Below, in pieces: positions 9,230 to 15,963 of a stretch of DNA of 32,000 nucleotides. The DNA lies in the NCBI GenBank assembly GCA_963675915.1, contig OY780959.1, positions 60,001 to 92,000 on the forward strand. The letters are read 5' to 3'. The notes below the pieces were generated by a model. It searched no databases and was not told the DNA's origin. It worked only from the letters and a program-made list of their open reading frames with translations. The DNA comes from Coprobacillaceae bacterium. GTDB lineage: Bacteria; Bacillota_I; Bacilli_A; Erysipelotrichales; Coprobacillaceae. Made by a program: the position numbers and the translations under genes. Within the stretch, counting starts at the first letter, position 1. Each line of letters begins with the position of its first letter.

Positions 9230-9907
9230 CTATTTTTGTTTTGCAGTTACAACGGCAAAATGCAGTGCCAGGAAGGCAACTTCGTCATCGTTGAATTCGA
9301 GATTTAAATCCTCTTTGACAATATCACGAATCACTGATGCGTATTCAAATTCGATTGGATGGCGCTCCTTGATTTGCGCGGTCAATGGATTCGACACTTG
9401 ACGGCCTTCAGCCAGTCTTTCCAAAGCCGGTTCCAGATGCAACCCGATAGCTACGATGAATTTTTGATTTGCGAATATCTCGTTGTTATATAACTCTTTA
9501 ATCCGTTGAAGAGAGACTTTGAGATAGTCGTAAGTCTGGTCATCGAGAAGGTCGATTCCAGTTGTAATTTCCAGATCCAGTGCATTGGTTTTGCGCAGAT
9601 ACATTGTCACCAATGAAATCTCGTTCTCAGGAAATTCAATTCCATATTCCGTAGCGATTGCATCACAGATTTTTTTGGCAATCGGATACAGCTCGTCTTC
9701 TTGGTATTCCAATACTTTGGCTTTAGACAAAGGAATATAGTTTTTATTTTGGATTCTGATAGTAGTTATCGATAAATGAGTTGCCAGATTCTTTTTTGAA
9801 TAAGCAGATAAAAAGACATTGTTACTCTCCACATTGGTCGATAAAATGCTTTGAACATTGCTTTTTACATCATTAAAGGACTCGCTTGTCATAATTTTTC
9901 TTGACAT
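9230..9907 (-). CDS. PRD-domain protein (two PTS regulation domains, no CAT RNA-binding domain)
   Basis: PRD-like signatures are LATHLSITTIRIQN and ENEISLVTMYL (PRD1), then AIGLHLEPALERL and DEVAFLALHF (PRD2). A GGAGGT SD lies 5 nt upstream of ATG 9907. Confidence 0.65.
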   Translation of the reverse strand: MSRKIMTSESFNDVKSNVQSILSTNVESNNVFLSAYSKKNLATHLSITTIRIQNKNYIPLSKAKVLEYQEDELYPIAKKICDAIATEYGIEFPENEISLVTMYLRKTNALDLEITTGIDLLDDQTYDYLKVSLQRIKELYNNEIFANQKFIVAIGLHLEPALERLAEGRQVSNPLTAQIKERHPIEFEYASVIRDIVKEDLNLEFNDDEVAFLALHFAVVTAKQK

Positions 9908-10124
9908 TTCTTACCTCCGCTTTTTAATATATGTTCACTATAATATATTACTATCTAAAAATAAAGGAAAAAATTAAAATAATCGGGTTTATCACTGGAA
10001 TTTTTTTAAAAAAAGGTATATAGTGTAAATGCTAGTGAGAAAACATCTTTTGTAATTGTTCGATACAGGATGGAAAAATAATGATAAGTACTAGTAAAAA
10101 TTAATATGGGGGTATTAAACTTAG

Positions 10125-12188
10125 ATGAATTTCGAAAACGAATGGTCTGGATTTAAAGCCGGGAAATGGAATAAAGAAATCAACTTAAGAGACTTTATTC
10201 AAAAAAACTACACACCTTATGATGGTGATGATAGTTTCTTGGCTGGACCAACTGAAGCAACAACAACATTATGGGATCAAGTAATGGATCTTACTAAACA
10301 AGAAAGAGCTGCTGGTGGTGTTCTTGATATGGACACTAAAGTAGTTGCTACTTTAACTAGTCATGATGCTGGTTACTTAAACAAAGATCTTGAAACAATT
10401 GTCGGATTCCAAACTGACAAACCTTTCAAACGTGCATTGCAACCAAACGGTGGTATCCGTATGGCTTACCAAGCATGTAAAGACAATGGTTATGAGCTTG
10501 ACCCAGAAGTAATTGAAATCTTTACAAAATATCGTAAAACTCACAATGCCGGTGTATTTGATGTATATACAGCAGATATGCGTGCATGTCGTTCTTCTCA
10601 CGTTATCACAGGTTTACCAGATGCTTACGGACGTGGACGTATCATCGGTGACTACCGTCGTATCGCATTATACGGAATTGACCGTTTAATCGAAGACAAA
10701 AAATATCAAAAAGATACTACTCGTGTCCGTATGGATCCAGAAAACATCCAATTACGTGAAGAGTTATCTGAACAAGTACGTGCTTTAGGTGAATTAAAAG
10801 AAATGGCTGCATCTTACGGATGTGACATCTCTAAACCAGCTACTGACGTAAAAGAAGCTATCCAATGGTTATACTTTGGATACTTGGGAGCAGTTAAAGA
10901 ACAAAACGGTGCTGCGATGTCATTAGGTAGAACTTCTACTTTCATCGACATTTATGCAGAACGTGATTTGGCTGCCGGAAAATACACTGAACAAGAAATC
11001 CAAGAATTTGTTGATCATTTCATCATGAAATTAAGATTAGTTAAATTCGCTCGTACTCCAGACTATAATGCAATCTTCGCTGGAGACCCAACTTGGGTAA
11101 CTGAATCAATCGGTGGGGTTGGTATCGACGGACGTCACTTAGTAACTAAGTCTTCTTTCCGTTACTTACATACATTAATCAACTTGGGAACTGCACCAGA
11201 ACCAAACTTGACAGTTTTATGGTCAACTCGTTTACCAGCAAACTTCAAAAAATTCTGTGCTAAAATCTCAATTGAAACTTCATCTATCCAATATGAAAAT
11301 GATGACATGATGCGTGTTACTCATGGTGATGATTATGGTATTGCTTGCTGTGTTTCTTCAATGAGACTTGGTAAAGAAATGCAATTCTTCGGAGCTCGTG
11401 CTAACTTAGCTAAATGTTTATTATACGCAATCAACGGTGGTGTTGATGAAAAATCTAAAAAACAAGTAGGACCTAAATTCCGTCCAATCACATCTGAATA
11501 CTTAGATTACGATGAAGTAATCGAAAAATATGAAGATATGATGGAATGGTTGGCTGACGTTTATGTTAACTCATTAAACATCATCCACTACATGCATGAC
11601 AAATATGCATATGAAAGAATCCAAATGGCTTTACATGACCGTGAAGTAAAACGTTACTTCGCTACAGGTATCGCTGGTCTTTCAGTAGTTGCTGACTCTT
11701 TATCAGCAATCAAATATGCTAAAGTAAAAGTACTTCGTGATGAAGATGGTTTAGCTACTGATTACGAAATCGAAGGTGACTTCCCAACTTACGGTAACGA
11801 TGATGACCGTGTTGATGAATTGGCTAACTGGCTAGTTCATACATTCATGGGATATGTAAAAACTCACTTCACATACAGAAACTCAGTACCTACAACTTCA
11901 ATCTTAACAATCACATCTAACGTTGTATATGGTAACGCAACAGGAAACACTCCTGATGGACGTAAAGCTGGACAACCATTTGCTCCAGGTGCTAACCCAA
12001 TGCACGGACGTGACAAATCAGGTGCTGTATCATCATTAGCTTCAGTTGCGAAATTACCATTCGCTGATGCTCAAGATGGTATCTCTAATACTTTCTCAAT
12101 CATTCCAGGTGCTTTAGGTAAAGATGACCAAGTATTCATGGGAGATATCGAAATAGATCTTAACTTAGAAGATTTAGAAGATAAATAA
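10125..12188 (+). CDS. pflB: Formate C-acetyltransferase (pyruvate formate-lyase) catalytic body, lacking the C-terminal glycyl-radical domain
   Basis: It is collinear with E. coli PflB from the region [11 protein letters not shown], through the active-site IACCVS, to [13 protein letters not shown]. It then diverges into a 17-aa acidic tail ([17 protein letters not shown]) and a stop. Confidence 0.92.
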   Translation: MNFENEWSGFKAGKWNKEINLRDFIQKNYTPYDGDDSFLAGPTEATTTLWDQVMDLTKQERAAGGVLDMDTKVVATLTSHDAGYLNKDLETIVGFQTDKPFKRALQPNGGIRMAYQACKDNGYELDPEVIEIFTKYRKTHNAGVFDVYTADMRACRSSHVITGLPDAYGRGRIIGDYRRIALYGIDRLIEDKKYQKDTTRVRMDPENIQLREELSEQVRALGELKEMAASYGCDISKPATDVKEAIQWLYFGYLGAVKEQNGAAMSLGRTSTFIDIYAERDLAAGKYTEQEIQEFVDHFIMKLRLVKFARTPDYNAIFAGDPTWVTESIGGVGIDGRHLVTKSSFRYLHTLINLGTAPEPNLTVLWSTRLPANFKKFCAKISIETSSIQYENDDMMRVTHGDDYGIACCVSSMRLGKEMQFFGARANLAKCLLYAINGGVDEKSKKQVGPKFRPITSEYLDYDEVIEKYEDMMEWLADVYVNSLNIIHYMHDKYAYERIQMALHDREVKRYFATGIAGLSVVADSLSAIKYAKVKVLRDEDGLATDYEIEGDFPTYGNDDDRVDELANWLVHTFMGYVKTHFTYRNSVPTTSILTITSNVVYGNATGNTPDGRKAGQPFAPGANPMHGRDKSGAVSSLASVAKLPFADAQDGISNTFSIIPGALGKDDQVFMGDIEIDLNLEDLEDK

Positions 12189-12205
12189 GAAAAGAGGTAA
12201 TTAAC

Positions 12206-12421
12206 ATGTCTAAAGAACAGAATATTGACGATATTGTTAATATGTTGGATTCTTTTGCTCAAAAGGGCAGCGGACATATTAATGTAATCGTAGAGAACCC
12301 TGAAGCAATGGATTCTCAAGAAGCGGCGATTACCGAAGGTTGCAATTGCGAAATCGGTGATACTGCCTGCAAGATTCCTAACATGCCATTGTATGGTGAT
12401 GAAGGATCTAATGAATATTAA
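12206..12421 (+). CDS. Small protein (71 aa) paralogous to the N-terminal part of the glycyl-radical domain, with a Cys-rich C-terminus and no RVSGY motif
   Basis: An AAGAGGT SD lies 7 nt upstream. [29 protein letters not shown] parallels [29 protein letters not shown] of the next ORF. It then continues as [28 protein letters not shown]. Confidence 0.6.
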   Translation: MSKEQNIDDIVNMLDSFAQKGSGHINVIVENPEAMDSQEAAITEGCNCEIGDTACKIPNMPLYGDEGSNEY

Positions 12422-12435
12422 AAGGAGAATTTAAG

Positions 12436-12675
12436 ATGACTAACGAAAAACAAGTAGATAACTTAGTAAGTATGTTAGATGGTTATGTTGACCAAGGTGG
12501 ACACCATTTAAACGTTAACGTATTCAACCGTGATACATTGGTTGATGCTCAAAATCATCCTGAAAAATACCCACAATTAACTGTCAGAGTTAGTGGATAT
12601 GCAGTAAACTTTGTAAAACTTACAAAAGAACAACAAGATGACGTAATTTCTCGTACTTTCCACGAAGGAATGTAA
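12436..12675 (+). CDS. Stand-alone glycyl-radical domain protein (split PFL C-terminus, GrcA/YfiD-like)
   Basis: An AAAGGAG SD lies 8 nt upstream. The protein contains [28 protein letters not shown] and [14 protein letters not shown], matching the last ~75 residues of PflB including the radical glycine. Confidence 0.9.
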   Translation: MTNEKQVDNLVSMLDGYVDQGGHHLNVNVFNRDTLVDAQNHPEKYPQLTVRVSGYAVNFVKLTKEQQDDVISRTFHEGM

Positions 12676-12676
12676 T

Positions 12677-12704
12677 CTTGAAGATACCTGGAGCTTAATG
12701 CTCC
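12677..12704 (+). terminator. Intrinsic terminator of the pfl unit
   Basis: CCTGGAGC-TTAAT-GCTCCAGG followed by T7. Confidence 0.85.
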
Positions 12705-12888
12705 AGGTTTTTTTATTGCGACATTAAAATAATATATCAATTCCTGAAATTAAATTTCTCAATTATGAAATTATATTTATTTATTAAAAATAATTATTGC
12801 TTCAATAAAAAAATATTGATTTTATCAAAGAAATGTATAATAATATTCGTGTAAAATTACTATTAGGACGAGAAGGAATTTAATTGAA

Positions 12889-13149
12889 ATGAGTTTTTAC
12901 AATACTAGAAATCATGTAAAAGAACTTGATTATGATTACGAAGAAGATTATGAGAATGAAGAATTTTTAGCGTATGATTACGGATTAGATTTAGATGAAA
13001 GTAATGAAGAGGAAGTTGCAGACTTTACAAGAATGATTAAAAAAATGCCGGGAATTGACTTGATGGATCTTTATCAGGAGAGTCATGAATTCACCAAGAA
13101 GGCAATTGAAATTGTTGAAGGTGAGATGAACCGCCGAAAAATCAGATAG
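12889..13149 (+). CDS. Hypothetical small, highly acidic protein (86 aa)
   Basis: The ORF has a weak SD (GAAGGA, 11 nt spacing), an AT-rich upstream region containing TATAAT, and its own terminator. Confidence 0.5.
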   Translation: MSFYNTRNHVKELDYDYEEDYENEEFLAYDYGLDLDESNEEEVADFTRMIKKMPGIDLMDLYQESHEFTKKAIEIVEGEMNRRKIR

Positions 13150-13154
13150 AGATG

Positions 13155-13183
13155 ATGACAGCATTGTAATGCTGTCATTTTTT
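13155..13183 (+). terminator. Intrinsic terminator, which also serves as the group IIC intron target motif
   Basis: ATGACAGCAT-TGTA-ATGCTGTCAT followed by T6. Confidence 0.8.
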
Positions 13184-13708
13184 GGTATGCCGGGCATGGC
13201 ATATATCTAGGTGGTGAAAGTCCACTGTGGGGGTGACGTCGCAACTGCCAACCACTAGCCAATATCAAGGGTGTCCATCGTGAGGTGGAATCTGAAAGAA
13301 GATGGAGGCAAAACCCTGGTCCGAGGTACACAAATCACATATCAGGCAGGTAATGGGGACGAGCGTGCCAAACAACGCGAAGTCATAAGAGGTTGCGGAA
13401 TACAACTATTACATGTAAATGTGGCGGATATATGGGGTGAAAGAGATATGACCTTATCCCGGGAGATCCTGCGAGGGAGCAATCCTAGTAACAACGAATC
13501 GCAAGAAGTCAGCAGACGTCGTAGTAGCGAAGAAGTGGCTGTAATGGCCATGGAGTGAAGGACTGAATGAATCTATCAGTTATTAAAATTAGGCTTGATT
13601 TCATCGCGCGAAACCGCAAAGACAGACGAACACACTATCAAGGCCCGAAAGAAGAATGTAGGGGAAGTGAGCCTGATGAATAGCAAAATCAATGGAGGTA
13701 ACGGAAAT

Positions 13709-14992
13709 ATGAATACTGATAACACATTACTTGAAGAAATGCTTAGTGATATCAATCTCAAAAAGGCATATACCCAAGTAAAACGAAACAAAGGCGCTAG
13801 TGGCGTTGATGGAATGAAAGTATTGGACCTCAAAGGACATCTCGATGAACATCTTGATGAAATAAAGGAAATGATACAAAACAGGAAATACAAACCACAG
13901 CCTGTATTAAGAGTGGAAATACCTAAACTAGATGGTGGAGTTAGAAACCTAGGAGTGCCAACAGTGCTCGACAGGTTCGTTCAACAAGCCATCGCCCAGG
14001 TATTGATTCCTATCTATGAACCCTTGTTCAGCGATAACAGCTACGGTTTTAGACCTAATAGAAATTGTGAGATGGCAATCATCAAATCATTGGAATACAT
14101 GAATGATGGTTTCCAATGGATTGTTGACATTGACTTGGAGAAATTCTTTGATAACATCAACCACGATAAATTGATTACCTTAATCATGAAAGATGTCAAG
14201 AATGGTGAAATTGTATCACTGATAAGAAAATTCCTGGTAAGTGGAATAAGCATTGATGGAGAATACAAAGAGTCAATAATCGGATCAAGCCAAGGAGGGC
14301 CGTTGAGTCCATTGTTGAGTAATATCGTCCTTAACGAACTCGACAAAGAATTGGAGGCTAGAGGGTTGCATTTTACTAGGTACGCTGATGACTGCATGAT
14401 ATTTGTCGGTAGCAGTAAAGCTGCAGATAGAGTTATGGAGAATGTGCGAAAGTTCATTGAAAAGAAGTTGGGGCTCAAGGTCAACATGACCAAAAGCAAA
14501 GTATCCAAACCAAATGATATCAAATACTTGGGATTTGGATTCTATTATGACAACTTCAGCCAGTCATGGAAAGCCAAACCACATGCTAAATCAATAGCTA
14601 TCTTGAAAGATAAGCTCAGAGAACTGACTAATAGAAGTTGGTCAGTATCATGGGAATTTCGCCGAATGAAAATAAGGCAACTTATTGTCGGGTGGATCAA
14701 TTACTACCGAATCGGAAATTTCAAATCCAAATGTGCAAGGCTGGATGGCTGGATTAGATTTAGAATCCGAATGTACCTGTGGAAGAAATGGAAAACCATC
14801 AAGAACCGTAGAAAACAGTTGAGAAAACTAGGGGCCCAAAGATGGCAATATGAATCATGGTCAAATTCCAGGAAATCATATGCCCGCTGTGCAAGCACGT
14901 TTCTGCGAACCAAAATAACAAACAAAGTACTCAAAAGAAATGGTCTAGCATCACTGCTAGACCAATATCAGTTAAAACATATTTTAGTATAG
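13709..14992 (+). CDS. ltrA: Group II intron reverse transcriptase/maturase (no En domain)
   Basis: RT motifs present are GVDGM, FRPNR, DIDLEKFFDNINH, SQGGPLSPLLSNIVLNELD and RYADDCMIF; the X domain is GWINYYRIGN. I prefer ATG 13709 (GGAGGT SD 9 nt upstream). ATG 13676 and the track start 13595 are alternatives. Confidence 0.9.
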   Translation: MNTDNTLLEEMLSDINLKKAYTQVKRNKGASGVDGMKVLDLKGHLDEHLDEIKEMIQNRKYKPQPVLRVEIPKLDGGVRNLGVPTVLDRFVQQAIAQVLIPIYEPLFSDNSYGFRPNRNCEMAIIKSLEYMNDGFQWIVDIDLEKFFDNINHDKLITLIMKDVKNGEIVSLIRKFLVSGISIDGEYKESIIGSSQGGPLSPLLSNIVLNELDKELEARGLHFTRYADDCMIFVGSSKAADRVMENVRKFIEKKLGLKVNMTKSKVSKPNDIKYLGFGFYYDNFSQSWKAKPHAKSIAILKDKLRELTNRSWSVSWEFRRMKIRQLIVGWINYYRIGNFKSKCARLDGWIRFRIRMYLWKKWKTIKNRRKQLRKLGAQRWQYESWSNSRKSYARCASTFLRTKITNKVLKRNGLASLLDQYQLKHILV

Positions 14993-14998
14993 ATTTAA

Positions 14999-15032
14999 AC
15001 CGCCGTATGCCGGACGGCACGTACGGTGGTGT
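14999..15032 (+). ncRNA. Intron 1 domain V
   Basis: ACCGCCGUAUGCCGGACGGCACGUACGGUGGUG is nearly identical to the O. iheyensis domain V (CCGCCGUAUACCGAACGGUACGUACGGUGG). Confidence 0.85.
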
Positions 15033-15148
15033 GAGAGGTCGGAAATAAAATTTTATTTATTTCCTCCTACTCGATTCCTTTATTCATCAATATCAGAATA
15101 TTGAGAATGCGTTGATTCAAATCAGAATATTAATGTGAGTTATCACAT

Positions 15149-15178
15149 TTGATTGTTGCCAGGAGCAGGGTGTATAAT
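15149..15178 (+). promoter_or_regulatory. Candidate fsa promoter
   Basis: TTGATT at 15149-15154, an 18-nt spacer, and TATAAT at 15173-15178. Confidence 0.5.
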
Positions 15179-15268
15179 AAAAGTACATAAACTCGTTTGA
15201 TAATTATCGGTTTTCGCGATTGTTATCAAACGAATTCATAACAGGTCTTAAGGAAAGGAGAAAATAAT

Positions 15269-15919
15269 ATGAAATTCTTTATAGACACTGCCAATGTCGA
15301 TGATATCATCAAAGCCAATGAAATGGGGATTATTTGCGGTGTTACCACCAATCCATCGCTGATTGCCAAAGAGGGAAGAGATTTCAATGAGGTCATCAAA
15401 GAAATCACCAGCATTGTCGACGGTCCGATTTCCGGAGAGGTCAAAGCGACAATTGTCGCCGCTGAAGATATGATTGCTGAAGGGCGGGAAATAGCCAAAA
15501 TTCACAAGAATATGGTCGTGAAGATTCCAATGACCCAGGAAGGATTAAAGGCGACCAAAGTCTTGAGCAGTGAAGGAATCAAAGTCAACATGACTCTGAT
15601 CTTTTCAGCTAACCAGGCCCTGCTTGCGGCGATTGCCGGAGCAAGTTACGTTTCACCGTTTCTAGGGAGATTGGATGACATAACCTCACCGGGGATGACC
15701 CTGATTGAAGATATTGTCACCATTTTCAAGGCTCAGGGAATCAAAGCCGAAATCATCGCGGCCTCAGTCCGCAATCCGATTCATGTTCTCGAATGTGCCA
15801 AATTGGGAGTCGATATCGCCACTGTACCATTCAAGGTGATTGATCAGATGACCAAACATCCGCTGACCGATATCGGAATTGAAAAATTCAAAAAATCATA
15901 TTTGGATTCAATCAAGTAA
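15269..15919 (+). CDS. fsa: Transaldolase / fructose-6-phosphate aldolase family (short type 3B)
   Basis: [21 protein letters not shown] and the Schiff-base lysine context VVKIPMT are present. The length is 216 aa and the SD is AAGGAAAGGAG. Confidence 0.88.
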   Translation: MKFFIDTANVDDIIKANEMGIICGVTTNPSLIAKEGRDFNEVIKEITSIVDGPISGEVKATIVAAEDMIAEGREIAKIHKNMVVKIPMTQEGLKATKVLSSEGIKVNMTLIFSANQALLAAIAGASYVSPFLGRLDDITSPGMTLIEDIVTIFKAQGIKAEIIAASVRNPIHVLECAKLGVDIATVPFKVIDQMTKHPLTDIGIEKFKKSYLDSIK

Positions 15920-15940
15920 CCAAAGTGACTATTGATTATC

Positions 15941-15963
15941 AGACTGTCTGGGACAGTCTTTTT
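15941..15963 (+). terminator. Intrinsic terminator of fsa
   Basis: AGACTGTC-TGG-GACAGTCT followed by T5; the intron sequence GTGCG follows immediately. Confidence 0.7.

Larger units (their letters stand above)
13185..15075 (+). mobile_element. Group II intron, class IIC, with an intron-encoded RT/maturase (3' end approximate, +/-10 nt)
   Basis: The 5' end GUAUGCCGGGCAUGG...GGUGAAAGUCC...AAGGGUGUCC...GGAAUCUGAA...GAAGUCAGCAGA aligns without gaps to my recollection of the Oceanobacillus iheyensis IIC ribozyme. Domain V has a CGC triad. A domain VI hairpin is followed by CCUAC. Confidence 0.88.

Noticed and set aside
9993-10005. The 12-mer ATCACTGGAATT is shared between the pfl upstream region and, in reverse complement, position ~30420 upstream of the FlaR-like gene.
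   Set aside because: Many chance 12-mer matches (on the order of 100 by my rough estimate) are expected in a 32-kb window counted on both strands, so this is not significant.
9908-10124. Possible cre, Rex, CRP-like or RAT antiterminator element in the pfl leader (TTGTAATTGTTCGATACAGG).
   Set aside because: The spacing and central bases do not fit cre (no central CG, wrong length), Rex (TTGTGAA-N4-TTCACAA) or the RAT consensus. The match is too weak to call.
12140-12435. Considered whether the sequence interrupting pflB is a group I/II intron, an intein or a frameshift/pseudogene lesion.
   Set aside because: It is too short and lacks GUGYG/domain V or intein blocks. Both downstream ORFs have canonical SDs and ATGs, and the body ends at an in-frame stop after a novel tail. 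A sequencing artefact cannot be excluded without reads and is listed as the refutation test.
10125-12675. Distinct codon usage (cgt/ggt/gct/tta, AT-rich third positions) in the pfl unit as evidence of horizontal transfer.
   Set aside because: The pattern is what is expected of a very highly expressed glycolytic or fermentative gene, and it is partly shared by oppA. It is not sufficient evidence for foreign origin.
13271-13558. A 95-aa plus-strand ORF and a 69-aa minus-strand ORF upstream of IEP1; also the minus-strand ORF at 15929-16225.
   Set aside because: They fall inside the structured D1-D3 ribozyme regions of the two group II introns.
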